64,000 nt of DNA from an uncultured Acidimicrobiia bacterium (GCA_963786955.1 CAWBAT010000005.1:128001-192000); one strand, 5' to 3'; counted from the stretch's first letter, positions 28,970 through 39,816 are shown. Program-made: numbers and translations. The notes: generated from the letters alone by a model not told the origin.

Positions 28970-31399
28970 GTGGCAAACGGGCAACATCGTGTAACGAGGT
29001 CAATTTCATTGAACCGAATCATTCTCCTTAAGAAATCCTGCATTTTCGTGCTGGTCCTCTCGCTATTTTGGGTTCCGATGGTGTTTTCGTCTGAGGTCAA
29101 ACAGGCCAATGACAATACAACTCCCGATTATGCACGTGACATTCAGCCTCTCTTGCATGGCAAGTGCGGGGGTTGTCACGGTAAGAACTCGCCGCAGGCC
29201 GGCCTATCTGTTATGACGCGCGCTGATTTATTGAAAGGCGGGCAGAATGGCCCGTCCATTGTTCCAGGTTCAAGCGCCTCGAGTCTGTTGTTTTTGCATG
29301 TGACGGGAGAGAAACAACCACAAATGCCTCTAGGTGGCAAGCCTCTCAGTTCCGGTGAAATCGCGCTCTTAAGGTCCTGGATTGACGGCGGAGCCGCCTG
29401 GACTGAGCTGGCCAACTCGAAGTGGGTACCAACCCTTGGACCTCGCCGGCCGGCAATTCCCGAGACAGGAGCTCCCGAACTGCAGCATCCTGTCGATCGA
29501 TTCATTGCTGAATATTTTAAGCAACACCAACTTTCTTTTCCCGCGCCCGTTCCTGACGCGGTGTTCGCGCGACGAGTCTATCTGGACATTTGGGGTCTGT
29601 TGCCCACTCCTGGGCAACTGCAGGAGTTCCTACGAGATCCCTCCGCAAATAAACGCGAACACCTCATCGACCAGCTTCTGGCTCATTCGAAAAACTATAG
29701 CGAGCAATGGATCAGTCTGTGGAACGACTTTTTGCGCAACGACGAGGGAGTCGTCTATCACGGAGTCCGAAAATCCATCAGCCCCTGGTTACTCAAAGCG
29801 CTTGAAGATAATCTGCCCTATGATCGTTTCGTATCCGCTTTACTCAATCCCGCTCAGCCGGACGGTCCCGAGGGATACCTAATTGGTGTGAACTGGCGGG
29901 GGGAAGTCAGTGCCAGCCAGACCCCTCCGATGCAGGCAGCCCAGAACAGTGCTCAAGTTTTCTTGGGAATCAACCTCAAATGCGCTTCCTGTCATGACAG
30001 TTTTATCAATCAATGGAAGCTTCGCGACAGCTACGGTCTGGCTGGGTTTTTTTCCGAAAAACCTCTTGAACTGGTCAGGTGCGATATCAAGCTCGGGGAG
30101 ATGTCCAAAACTAAGTTTGTCTACCCTGAGTTGGGTTCGGTGGAAACAGATGCTCCCTTGGCGGCGCGGCGGGCGGCGGCGGCTCAGTTGATGACGAAAC
30201 CCGAAAACGGCCGGTTCGCACGGACCCTGGTCAACCGTTATTGGAAAAGGCTGTTTGGAAGGGGATTGGTTGAACCGGTAGATGATATGGACGTTCAGCC
30301 ATGGAACGCTGATTTGCTGGACTGGCTCGCATGCGATTTTGTAGAGCATCGGTACGACCTGAAGGTTCTGCTTCGTCGGATCATGACGTCTCAAACGTAT
30401 CAACTGCCAGCGGTCCGGGTTGAGGTACGCGGCGAAAAACAATACGTTTTCAAAGGACCTCAATTGCGACGGCTGACCGCAGAAGAGTTTGTGGATGCCG
30501 CATCTTCCATCACCGGCGAATGGCGAGTCGTCATCCCTCAAGAGGGAGGTGCCGGAATTTTTGCCCGTGACTGGAGGCTGAAGTCGAGCCCCTTGACACG
30601 GGCTTTAGGGAGGCCGATTCGCGACCAGGTATTTACGACCCGGAGCGAAGAAGCCACTACCCTTCAGTCTTTGGAGCTGGTCAATGGAGAAGATTTTTCT
30701 CGCATCCTGCGGCGCGGGGCACAGAACCTGGTAAACCAAAGGATGGTCCCGCCTCTGAACCTCTTTGATAGCGGCATCCTCACGAAAAAGAGCGGGATCG
30801 TGGATATTGACATTACGGGAGCCTCGCAATTGTGGCTGCTCTCCGTCGAGTCGGGCTCCTACAACCCGAGTCTGGTGACTACGGGATGGGCCAATGCGAT
30901 TTTGACAGGACCAGGTGGTGAGAAACGTCTGCAGGACTTGAGAAGTGAACTCCCATTCAAACAAGGGGTGCTCCATCTGGAAGGTAAGGAATATTCGGAT
31001 GCATTCGTTGGGCCTTCTTCCTCGGAACTGGTCTTTGATCTTGGCCAAGGGCATTTTACACATTTGCGAGCAATCATCGGAGTGGATGACAATAGCCAGC
31101 GGGATGATGTGAGTCCTCGAACCCGATTCTTTGTCTTTAGCCAAAAGCCAGATCCGGACAGGCTCGTCAAAGTCAGCGGTGACACTCCTGTCCCATATAA
31201 GTCGGGAAAATATACGGCTGACAGTTTGACCCAGTATCTGTACTTGTATGCGCTCAGTCGAGGACCCAACGATCAGGAGAAACTGTTAGCGCGCGAATTC
31301 CTTTTAACCCCTCCCGGCACTAAGAAAATATCGCTGGACGGATTGGAAGATCTTCTCTGGGCTATTCTGTTGACACCTGAGTTTCAGTTCATCCAGTGA
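28970..31399 (+). CDS. Planctomycete cytochrome c / DUF1549 / DUF1553 protein with NPCBM-like insert
   Basis: CGGCH, HPVDRFI..ARRVYLD, CASCH, VNRYWKRLFGRGLVEP, RRLTAE, QSLELVNG; exact start uncertain. Confidence 0.88.
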   Translation: MANGQHRVTRSISLNRIILLKKSCIFVLVLSLFWVPMVFSSEVKQANDNTTPDYARDIQPLLHGKCGGCHGKNSPQAGLSVMTRADLLKGGQNGPSIVPGSSASSLLFLHVTGEKQPQMPLGGKPLSSGEIALLRSWIDGGAAWTELANSKWVPTLGPRRPAIPETGAPELQHPVDRFIAEYFKQHQLSFPAPVPDAVFARRVYLDIWGLLPTPGQLQEFLRDPSANKREHLIDQLLAHSKNYSEQWISLWNDFLRNDEGVVYHGVRKSISPWLLKALEDNLPYDRFVSALLNPAQPDGPEGYLIGVNWRGEVSASQTPPMQAAQNSAQVFLGINLKCASCHDSFINQWKLRDSYGLAGFFSEKPLELVRCDIKLGEMSKTKFVYPELGSVETDAPLAARRAAAAQLMTKPENGRFARTLVNRYWKRLFGRGLVEPVDDMDVQPWNADLLDWLACDFVEHRYDLKVLLRRIMTSQTYQLPAVRVEVRGEKQYVFKGPQLRRLTAEEFVDAASSITGEWRVVIPQEGGAGIFARDWRLKSSPLTRALGRPIRDQVFTTRSEEATTLQSLELVNGEDFSRILRRGAQNLVNQRMVPPLNLFDSGILTKKSGIVDIDITGASQLWLLSVESGSYNPSLVTTGWANAILTGPGGEKRLQDLRSELPFKQGVLHLEGKEYSDAFVGPSSSELVFDLGQGHFTHLRAIIGVDDNSQRDDVSPRTRFFVFSQKPDPDRLVKVSGDTPVPYKSGKYTADSLTQYLYLYALSRGPNDQEKLLAREFLLTPPGTKKISLDGLEDLLWAILLTPEFQFIQ

Positions 31400-31449
31400 C
31401 TTTTTCCAAGTTTGGCCCTAAGATAAAAAGCGATTGTTGGAGGTAAGCA

Positions 31450-32892
31450 ATGAAAGACGTCGCGAAGGAAATGGTTCAGGGGGTGAACCGGCGTCACTTT
31501 CTCCGTTCTTCGGCAGCGGCCACAATGGCGGCATTGGCGGGAGGCTTCCCGAAAACGCTTTGGCCAGCGGAGAAAACGAAAATCCAGCCGAAGGCGGATA
31601 CTCTCATCCTGCTTTGGATGGGGGGCGGCATGGCACAGACGGAGACCTTCGATCCGAAACGCTATACGCCGTATGAATCCGGGCTCGCTTCTAACCTCGT
31701 CCTGAGTACATTTCCAAGCATTGATACCGTTGTCGATACCATCAAGCTTTCTCAAGGTCTGGAACGGATAAGCAAGATTATGGACCGCGGCACACTCATC
31801 CGCAGCCATCGTGTCGGCGATCTCGGATTTATCCTCCATTCGCGTCATCAATTTCATTGGCACACCGGATATGAACCCCCTCAATCTGTGGCCGTGCCTC
31901 ATTTAGGGGCGATGATTTCACGAACGCTTGGGGCGAAAAACCCCGATGTCCCTGCTTTCATTGATGTTGGACAAAACTTGGAAATTGGCGCAGAAAGCGA
32001 CTCACTGAAGGCCTTTCACACCGCTGGATTCCTAGGGACTGAATACGGACCATTCTTCATACCGGATCCCAATGATTCGGTGGCCAGTACTCGCCCGCCA
32101 TCTCACATGAGTGCGCTGCGCTTTCGCCAGCGCTACGAAAAATACAACCAACTGGTAGCCGACAGCCCCATCCTCCGTTATGGAAGTGACTACCAGCAAG
32201 ATTCTCTCCTCCGTTCTGTAGAAAACGCTCATCGACTGCTCAATTCTCCAGCGGCCAAAGCGTTCGATCTCTCCCTGGAACCCAAAGCCATCTATGACAC
32301 CTACAATACCGGCCGATTTGGGCTGGGATGCCTATTGGCGCGGCGACTCACGGAATCGGGGGCACGCTTTATCGAAGTGACCACGGAATACATCCCCTTC
32401 CGGCATTGGGATACTCATGAGAACGGGCATCAACGAACCATCAAAATGAAGGAAGATATTGATGCACCGGTTTCCCAGCTCATTCTGGATCTCGAAGAGC
32501 GAGGGTTGCTGGATCGAACCATTGTAGTCATCGCCAGTGAATTTGGGCGAGATATGATGGTGGAAGGGAAGCCCGGACGAACCGTGAGAGATCAAATCAA
32601 ACAACCCGACATCATGACAGAACCCAAACACTACGGCATGCACCGGCACTTTACCGAAGCCTGCAGCGTATTGATTTTTGGTGGAGGTTTTAAAAAAGGC
32701 TTCCTCTACGGAAAGACCGCTGACGAGCGACCCTGTAAAATTATTGAAAACCCGGTGACGATTGAAGACCTGCACGCAACTCTTTACTATGCCTTGGGAA
32801 TTCCTTCCGATCTGGCATACATTGTGGAGCAGAGACCTGTTTATGTGACGAAAGATGGCAAGGGGAAACCTGTCATGGAACTCTTCGCTTAA
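31450..32892 (+). CDS. DUF1501 family Tat-exported protein
   Basis: NRRHFL Tat motif, WMGGG.AQTETFDPK, CLLARRL.E.GARF, WDTH, SEFGR. Confidence 0.92.
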   Translation: MKDVAKEMVQGVNRRHFLRSSAAATMAALAGGFPKTLWPAEKTKIQPKADTLILLWMGGGMAQTETFDPKRYTPYESGLASNLVLSTFPSIDTVVDTIKLSQGLERISKIMDRGTLIRSHRVGDLGFILHSRHQFHWHTGYEPPQSVAVPHLGAMISRTLGAKNPDVPAFIDVGQNLEIGAESDSLKAFHTAGFLGTEYGPFFIPDPNDSVASTRPPSHMSALRFRQRYEKYNQLVADSPILRYGSDYQQDSLLRSVENAHRLLNSPAAKAFDLSLEPKAIYDTYNTGRFGLGCLLARRLTESGARFIEVTTEYIPFRHWDTHENGHQRTIKMKEDIDAPVSQLILDLEERGLLDRTIVVIASEFGRDMMVEGKPGRTVRDQIKQPDIMTEPKHYGMHRHFTEACSVLIFGGGFKKGFLYGKTADERPCKIIENPVTIEDLHATLYYALGIPSDLAYIVEQRPVYVTKDGKGKPVMELFA

Positions 32893-32974
32893 ACCCTCTG
32901 TCAACAGGGAATACGTCCGTCCCCACCAAAATTGAAATTTCTGAATCTCTTGATGCTCTGGAGGGTCGAACTCC

Positions 32975-33290
32975 TGCGAGACCGGAGTCCAGAGTTCGGA
33001 GTCAAAGGTCAAAGGTCCGGAGTTAGGAATCCGGAGTCCGGAGTCAAAAGGCAGAAAGCAGTGAGCAGATTCTCCTTCTTTTTGTTTTCCCACCTATATA
33101 TAAGGGGAGATTAGGGTCGTGGGGGTACACCTTATACGCTTTCTTGCGGCCATATCTACTTTACGCTTTTGCTTTAAGCTTTGACTTTCGACTTTAGACC
33201 TTGGACACTCATTCAGTTGGCTTTCCCCGTGTTCCTCGTGGTTCAGTTTGTTACTTATCTTTGCGTCCTTTGCGTTCTTTGCGAGAGCTA
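32975..33290. repeat. Short tandem 7- and 9-mer repeat tracts
   Basis: ggagtcc/aaaggtc runs at 32980-33060; ctttgac/tttcgac/tttagac/cttggac at 33179-33206; ctttgcgtc-like 9-mer x3 at 33259-33285. Confidence 0.6.
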
Positions 33291-33580
33291 GCTTTTCAAT
33301 CGGCAATCGACAATTGGCGTCGTGGAACTCCGCTCACTCCTTCTTTCCAAAAAAAGAGCTTTCAATTCCCCATCCGACTTCACTTTGGAAGAGCTAGTTT
33401 CTTTGTACGTCACCACAACTAAAAAAAAGCCAATGTTCATCGATTTTCCTTGATGAAGCTGTTTGAAGGAACGGAATGAGCTATTGTTCCTAATAAAAAC
33501 GATGACCGTGTCGGAATATGGGGAGTATTGAAAGTGGAACCCGCTCCCTGCAGGACTTCTGACTACAGGTACTCCATTTA

Positions 33581-33756
33581 CCCCAGATTTCCGAAGTTGT
33601 GTGAGCGTCGCTAGGGTGGAGTGGGCACGTGGGACCGCTGTCCCCCCGCGTACGCTCAATGAACGCGCGGCGGAGCGCGCATTCCACCTGAATCCGCAGG
33701 TCAGTCAAAACAGCAATCAGATGGAAATTCCGCCTGCCCAACTTCGTAATTCGGGT
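33581..33756. mobile_element. MITE-like element enclosing a GTGG-type REP doublet
   Basis: Imperfect TIR ccccagatttccgaagttg / caacttcgtaattcgggt; TTA on both flanks. Confidence 0.55.
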
Positions 33757-33763
33757 TTAGCCG

Positions 33764-34882
33764 TTATTGAGTCTCATGCCTGAACTTGATCAATTTTCGA
33801 TAGATCCGGTTCAGCTCAACTTGATTGGCTTCTTTACTTTCGGAAGAATTGGCTGCGAAACGATACGTTCTATCCGCAAACTGTATCTTTAGTTTGTGGT
33901 CGAGTTCAATTTCAATGATGTCTGAGGGGGAATGTTTGAATGCATCTCCAGAATTTTCAAAAGGTAGGTATCTGATAGAACGACTTGAAATTTGTAACTG
34001 TCCCTTGCAGCTACCCAGGCGATGTTCATGAACGACGGGAAAGACTTCCGTTATCAGTGAATCTTCTTGAGTGCTCTCTGGGGGACTTGGTGCGTTCTGG
34101 ACAACGGGATCATGCAATTCAATGGGCGCGTCTCGAGGATCCACCTTTTTAGGCTCTGCAATCTGAAGTTCTTTCGATTCTCCCCCGGAAGACTGACTTT
34201 GATTCGATTCAACGACGGGTTGGTCGGGCAGATGGGGGGCGCGCACACGATGGGTCCAATGATTCAGCATTGCTAAAAATAACACAATACTGGCAACAAG
34301 TGCCGCTACTCTAACAACTCTTCTTAAGAGGTGGTTCACCCCATCCGTCTTCGGACCTACCCCCGAATCCTTGACTTTTGATAACTCCACCAGGCTGCTC
34401 TCTGGAGCAGAAGTGACCACAGGCAAGGGGCTGGCTTGCGTCACCCGTTCATTATCGGGGACATCCTTACGGGGTCCTCTAGGCTGCTTGAGTACTAGAT
34501 CTGCTTCATCAAAGACCTGGAAAGCACTCACGACACCTGTCTTGTCGTGGCTTGATTCCTGATCAACCAGAATTTGCCGGCTGAGTTCGAGGTAATCTCT
34601 GAAATTACGGTTCTGTGGCTCAAGCTGACAAAGAAATTGAAACGACTTTAAACAGTCGCTGTAACGCTCCTGATCAAATTGCTTGGTCGATTCATTCTTG
34701 AGGTTTTCAATTTGGATCTCGAGTTCTTCCAGTACTTTTTGGCCAGAGGGGCCGGAAGCTTGCGCCACAATCTTCATGAGCAGCCCATGGTCCCTGCTCT
34801 CGAAACAAGCCTTTACCTGTTGTATCTGTTCACTCGTTGTAGTCATAGCAAAGCAAGATGTTGCCCAAGCATTGCGTCTCAT
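33764..34882 (-). CDS. Hypothetical single-pass membrane protein (TPR-like N-part)
   Basis: 372-aa ORF with TM helix VAALVASIVLFLAML and C-terminal beta domain HEHRLGSCKGQL; start uncertain. Confidence 0.55.
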   Translation of the reverse strand: MRRNAWATSCFAMTTTSEQIQQVKACFESRDHGLLMKIVAQASGPSGQKVLEELEIQIENLKNESTKQFDQERYSDCLKSFQFLCQLEPQNRNFRDYLELSRQILVDQESSHDKTGVVSAFQVFDEADLVLKQPRGPRKDVPDNERVTQASPLPVVTSAPESSLVELSKVKDSGVGPKTDGVNHLLRRVVRVAALVASIVLFLAMLNHWTHRVRAPHLPDQPVVESNQSQSSGGESKELQIAEPKKVDPRDAPIELHDPVVQNAPSPPESTQEDSLITEVFPVVHEHRLGSCKGQLQISSRSIRYLPFENSGDAFKHSPSDIIEIELDHKLKIQFADRTYRFAANSSESKEANQVELNRIYRKLIKFRHETQ

Positions 34883-35412
34883 GCGGCGGCACAGTCTGCC
34901 CCCCCCTATCCGGGCAGAAGACCTCGAGACACAACAACCTATCTTAAATTCCTTTTTGAATAATCGTCGAGTAGAAAGGATTGAATGAGCTGTATTTTAG
35001 AGGCGTGGTTAAGTTGTTGTAAAATAAATGCCTTACCCGTCAGTTTCACATCTGCCTTAGTAGAATTTAGCCACCTGTGCAAGCTAATCTGGCCTTCATT
35101 GCTGGGAGCGCGGGCATCTTGCTCGCATTTCACCACGAGCGAACCCAATCCTCTAAAGGAAGGAAATGAAAACTCGTCCCCTCTGGAACGTTCAAAGGAA
35201 GGCGTTAACCTTCAGGCGTGGCCTTTCCCGTTTGCGACATTCCTATTTGTCATTGATCAGTTTCCATTTACCATTTTTCATTTACCCCTTTCAATTGAAA
35301 ATGAGAGATGAATATTGAACAACGGCAGATGATTCTCCATTGAAAGTCCCCTGAGAAGGTAGCGAGAAGCATTTTGGAAACCTCTGGTGTCAAGTCGAAT
35401 GGAGCTAAGAAA

Positions 35413-35580
35413 GTTATGCGTTAGTTATCGGGGGAATTTCTGGTAGGGCGCGCTCGCCGAGCGCGCCGCGGACGGCCCGGCGGTCCGTCCCTACCCGCCC
35501 AGCCGCTACAGAAGCGACAATCTCAAATCGTCACCGAAGGCCTTGCCCTTACAGATTTCCCCCCGTAACTAACGCATTAC
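35413..35580. mobile_element. 168-bp MITE with 8-bp target duplication
   Basis: TIR gttatgcgttagttatcgggggaa / ttccccccgtaactaacgcattac; ctaagaaa at 35405-35412 and 35581-35588. Confidence 0.8.
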
Positions 35581-35965
35581 CTAAGAAATTACTGTTCATT
35601 ATAAAACGACCATTGACTATACTGGGGTTCCCTAAATGCCAAAAAGGAAATACCTGTTTCTACCGAACGAATCCAGAACCTTTTTGGGAGGCTTTGAAAC
35701 CGCATTACCGAATGATGAAGGCGGGCGACAGCACATCGCTGAATCGTTTGCTGCGGGATTGCCGTATGACCAGAACGACGGGTAATCGAAAGACGCTTTC
35801 CCGAAGGCTCGTCGGCAAGAATGGCAGATCTGGTGGTGTCGGCAACTGATGGCGACCGTTCCGCGGAATGACCGTCGCAGGCAGAGCGCAGAAAACACGT
35901 TCACCTGTCGGTTCGGAAGCGATCCGCAGGTCGATGTCGAATGATCAACCAGAGGAGGGAAGGAA

Positions 35966-36685
35966 ATGAGGCTCAAAGGAAAAGTGGCGCTTGTGACCGG
36001 CGCATCACGCGGCATCGGTTTTACCGTGGCCGAGTTGTTCACCCGGGAGGGCGCGATTGTCTATGCCGGCAGTTCAAGCAACCCGTCCGGCATCTTTCCT
36101 GCCGGCGTGACCGGAGTAGAGTTGGACGTCTCGAAAGAAGAGCACTGGAAACGAGTGGTGGCCGACATCGTGGCGGCGCGCGGGAGGGTGGATGTTCTGG
36201 TGAACAACGCCGGCATCGCCGTATATGACGCCGTACATAACTGCAGCACCGAGAACTGGCGCAAGGTTCTGGGTGTGAACCAGGACGGTTGCTTCTTCGG
36301 AATGAGAGAAGTGATCCCGCACATGAAGGCGCATAAGGCCGGTTCGATCATCAACGTGTCCTCGGTCTGGGGGATCGCTGCAGTGCCGGGCGCGCACGCC
36401 TATCACGCGACCAAAGGCGCGTTGGTCATGATGTCGAAAAATACAGCCATCACCTATGCCAGTGATGGGATCCGCGTGAATACGATCCATCCGGGCTTTA
36501 TTGACACACCGCTGACCCGGGCACAGGACCCGGCCATCAACGCCAACATCATCGGCGTGACGCCTATGAAGCGCGCAGGCACCTCGCTTGAAATCGCTTA
36601 CGGTTGTCTTTTCCTTGCCTCCGACGAGTCGAGCTTCATGACAGGCACCGAACTCGTGATCGACGGCGGATACCTTGCTCAGTAG
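35966..36685 (+). CDS. SDR family oxidoreductase
   Basis: TGASRGIG, NNAG, NVSS, YHATK, HPGFIDT, IDGG. Confidence 0.95.
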   Translation: MRLKGKVALVTGASRGIGFTVAELFTREGAIVYAGSSSNPSGIFPAGVTGVELDVSKEEHWKRVVADIVAARGRVDVLVNNAGIAVYDAVHNCSTENWRKVLGVNQDGCFFGMREVIPHMKAHKAGSIINVSSVWGIAAVPGAHAYHATKGALVMMSKNTAITYASDGIRVNTIHPGFIDTPLTRAQDPAINANIIGVTPMKRAGTSLEIAYGCLFLASDESSFMTGTELVIDGGYLAQ

Positions 36686-36972
36686 CCCGCGGCAGACGTG
36701 ACGATCCACCGCGGAGTTACCTTCCTGGTGCAGGCAGAGGACGGCAGTGGGTTCGTCAAAAGCCGAGCCAGGAAGTTCCAGCCACGGACTCCTATCTCAT
36801 TTGGTGAATTGATTCGTTCCGTAAAAGGTTTGGTGGCTTCTTCGCGATGCCTGAAACATTATGCTTTCCAGAGCTTGGTCTTCGCGAGGGCGCTGCAGCG
36901 GTCTTCCGGCGTTTGAAACTGAAGCGCCGCTGCACAGTCTCTCTTAATATTCACCTATGCAGGAATTCATGT

Positions 36973-37296
36973 TCAGGAGAGGACTGAGTTTTTGGGAGGG
37001 ATTTGCAGATTGCTGCAAGGGAAGAAGATGGAGGATCGTAATTCTTTCTCAACTAGGTCGCCAACATCGGTATAGAGTACGCCAATCATAAGGCTTCCTG
37101 TTTTGCAGTTGTGCTTCCAGGCAGAGTCTCCTTTATGGGTTTCCACAGAGTCTCTTACATTCTTTGACACTCCACAATCGATGGGGAAATAAATTGGGGA
37201 CTGATAACAAACGATCACATACACCCCTGGCTTTTCCTGCAGCGTCGAAAAGTCTTCGAAGGGGCCATCAAAAAGGTGGGCGCCCACTTTTAACAT
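36973..37296 (-). CDS. Small GIY-YIG-like hypothetical protein
   Basis: FDGP..KPGVYVI..IDCGVS..W..NC..EKELR. Confidence 0.55.
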   Translation of the reverse strand: MLKVGAHLFDGPFEDFSTLQEKPGVYVIVCYQSPIYFPIDCGVSKNVRDSVETHKGDSAWKHNCKTGSLMIGVLYTDVGDLVEKELRSSIFFPCSNLQIPPKNSVLS

Positions 37297-37499
37297 GCTT
37301 TTGACTCTCTTCCTCGGTCTGCTCTAGTTTCCAAGTAAATCAAAAGGACCCACAACGTGCCGTGTAAAGATCAACAAGTATGTGCGTATTTAGGCACTTT
37401 CATAAGACAATAGCTCGATTTTTTGGATTGTCAAGCGTGATTAACCAAGGAAGCGAATTCCCGCTGTCGCCGATTGGGCGGGTCACTTTTGCATTATGA

Positions 37500-38124
37500 A
37501 AATCATTTCGGGGCGACCATTTGGAATGTCCCGCCAGAACTACCCGTCACACGAGCTCCGCTACAGTCTGTTAGCAAATCGAATTCGCATGAGGTAAAGA
37601 CAGCTAGGCTTTGAATCGATACATCCCGACCCGACTGTTACGTGGATGTGAATGGTGTCGTGAGACAAGCTAACTTTGTTGATTGGGGACGCCGGAACCT
37701 GGAGATTAATAGTGTATTCCCCATCCGCCAAAATTCCTGTGGCGACAGTGAATCTCGTGCTTTGAATAGAGTTGTTATCTGAAATCTCGAACCCAGCAGG
37801 GAGGATAATGGAACTTGAAAGAGATCCTACGGCGTTGAAGCTTACTGAGGCAGCTTCACCACTCCTTCGATTCGTGTCGTTGAGCTGAAACTGGAGCGGG
37901 AATGTTTGATTCAGAGATCCTCCTATAGGCAAGCAGAAGGAATAAAACCATTGTCGGTAAGAATTGCCGGGCACTGTTGGCGCCACATCACCCGCACTTC
38001 CGAAGCTAGTTTGGGCTGAAACTACCAATTCATCCTTCTGAGGAGGAGCCGCCAGAATCGAATTTGAAAGGGGGGCTCCAATTACCCATAGACAGAATAC
38101 CCAGCCTATCATTGGTCTCTTCAT
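37500..38124 (-). pseudogene. Secreted Ig-like protein, frameshifted or truncated
   Basis: Signal peptide, beta-rich body; a shifted frame near 37597 continues ...EFDLLTDCSGARVTGSSGGTFQMVAPK*. Confidence 0.45.
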
Positions 38125-38177
38125 TTGTTATTTTCCCCCTCTTTTGACCTGGGCAATTGCATGACGAGAAGGAATAG

Positions 38178-38194
38178 TGCAAGCGTCAGGCCAG
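38178..38194 (-). promoter_or_regulatory. Sigma54 -24/-12 promoter
   Basis: Minus strand CTGGCCTGACGCTTGCA (GG-N10-GC), about 55 bp upstream of ATG 38124. Confidence 0.6.
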
Positions 38195-38617
38195 AACTCG
38201 AGCCATCCTCCTGCGACCCCGAATCCCTAGAAAGAACGAGGAGTTAGACAGAATTGAGTAATGGAACTTATTTTCTCTTAGCTGGACAAATGGGGAAAAC
38301 ACTTCCAAAAGTGATCATTTTATAGCCCTCTTCTTATGCCAGTCGCCCGATGGAATACTTAACATGAGAAGTGGGTCTCACAGGAGTTCGCCCCCCCATC
38401 AAGTCTATTGCTTCCAGCACACATTCTTGGGTATACTCGGCGCCTCTGTTTATGATCACCGCGCCTATGTATGAGGGTTGTGGGGATACATACTCAGATG
38501 GGTATTACATATTTTCAAAGGCAGGCGTTTAAAAGGAGCATCCGCAGTAGAACATTTTTTAAAAGCAAAAATTCCGCATTGCCTCGAATTTTTCATCATT
38601 AACGCCTTACCGCAAAA

Positions 38618-38693
<76 letters not shown>

Positions 38694-38718
38694 CTTAAAC
38701 CTCATTAATTCAATAGTT

Positions 38719-39816
38719 TCAAGCCATTTTCGCTTTTTGTTCAAGATTGGTAGTTTTGGGAGTGTCACTACCATCTGTCACTACCCTTTGCCGATCACTG
38801 AGTTTTTCAAATGCTTGCGTGATGGCTTGGGCCTGGGGGTGAATGTAACGCTGCGTGATTGTGATGGAGCTGTGCCCGGCAATAGTTTTCAAGGTGAATG
38901 TATCGCACTGCCCGGAAAGATTAGTTAGGGCAGTATGGCGGAGACAGTAGGGCGGAAAGGGTTTCAGTTTAGAGGTTTCGTTCACTTTCTCTATCGCCCT
39001 TGCGTGCTGGTTCTTGGCGCTGTTTTGTTCAAGGTGCCCGGATTTTGAGCCGGAAGGGAAAACCCATCCTTCCGCGGGGGCCCCTTGCTTTAAATGGCGG
39101 GATTGGAGAATGCTGCGAACTTCAGGAACTAAGGGCAACAAGCGGCGGGCAGCTTTTGATTTCCCTTTTGTGATTTCAATGAGCCCGGTTTCGGTTAATG
39201 TGATTTGTTCCCATCGAAGCCCGTAAATTTCAGATGGCCTCAGCCCGAGGCAAAACATCATAAGCGCACAATCTCTCCACGGCTGAGCACAAGCGGTAAT
39301 GTAGAGGCGCATTTCTTCATCGGTAAGGATTCGATCTCTTTGGCGCTCCCCCGGGGCTAGTGTTACTTTTGGAGCCCTGTCTAGTCTGTGCCATTGCTCA
39401 GCTAATCTCAAAGCCCGGCGCAATGTGCGGAGAGCCTGATTAATAGTGCTGGGTGAGTAGCGGTTCAACTTGGCTGCAAACTGCCCGGCGTGTTGGTCGG
39501 TGATTTCATCCAAGCGCAATCTGGCAAGGCTAGACGAAAGAACCCTTTTTGCCCCTTGCTTATAATAGATGGCCGATTTGGGCGAGGCTTTGAATTTTGT
39601 TTCGATGAAAGGAAGGAATTCATCCTTGAAAAAATCTTTCAAAACTGGGGCCTGGCGCGGTTGTAGGATTCCATAATTCCCTTCAGCTAATTCACTGCGG
39701 ATTTTTGATTCAATTTTGCCCGCGGTTCTCTTTGTAGTGGCCCGGGTTGGCTTGTCTATGATTTCCGCTTTCCAATGGAAGCGGGTCCAATAGTAACGGC
39801 CTCTTTTGTAAATCAT
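38719..39816 (-). CDS. int: Tyrosine integrase
   Basis: Arm-binding N-terminus, GLRPSE, KGKS, YCLRHT, AGHSS, TQRYIH. Confidence 0.95.
   Translation of the reverse strand: MIYKRGRYYWTRFHWKAEIIDKPTRATTKRTAGKIESKIRSELAEGNYGILQPRQAPVLKDFFKDEFLPFIETKFKASPKSAIYYKQGAKRVLSSSLARLRLDEITDQHAGQFAAKLNRYSPSTINQALRTLRRALRLAEQWHRLDRAPKVTLAPGERQRDRILTDEEMRLYITACAQPWRDCALMMFCLGLRPSEIYGLRWEQITLTETGLIEITKGKSKAARRLLPLVPEVRSILQSRHLKQGAPAEGWVFPSGSKSGHLEQNSAKNQHARAIEKVNETSKLKPFPPYCLRHTALTNLSGQCDTFTLKTIAGHSSITITQRYIHPQAQAITQAFEKLSDRQRVVTDGSDTPKTTNLEQKAKMA
38763..38785 (+). promoter_or_regulatory. Putative integrase arm-type sites (left)
   Basis: tgtcactacc twice with a 13-bp period; same pair at 47318-47340. Confidence 0.65.

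Noticed and set aside
32975-33290. CRISPR array
   Set aside because: Repeats are 7-9 bp with no spacers, and no cas genes are present.
33509-33594. Structured ncRNA (6S-like) from tcggaa..tgggg / cccc..ttccga pairing
   Set aside because: The pairing is short and the right arm is better explained as a MITE TIR.
35613-35849. 78-aa ORF after the MITE
   Set aside because: Weak start and no recognisable motif; cannot be supported.
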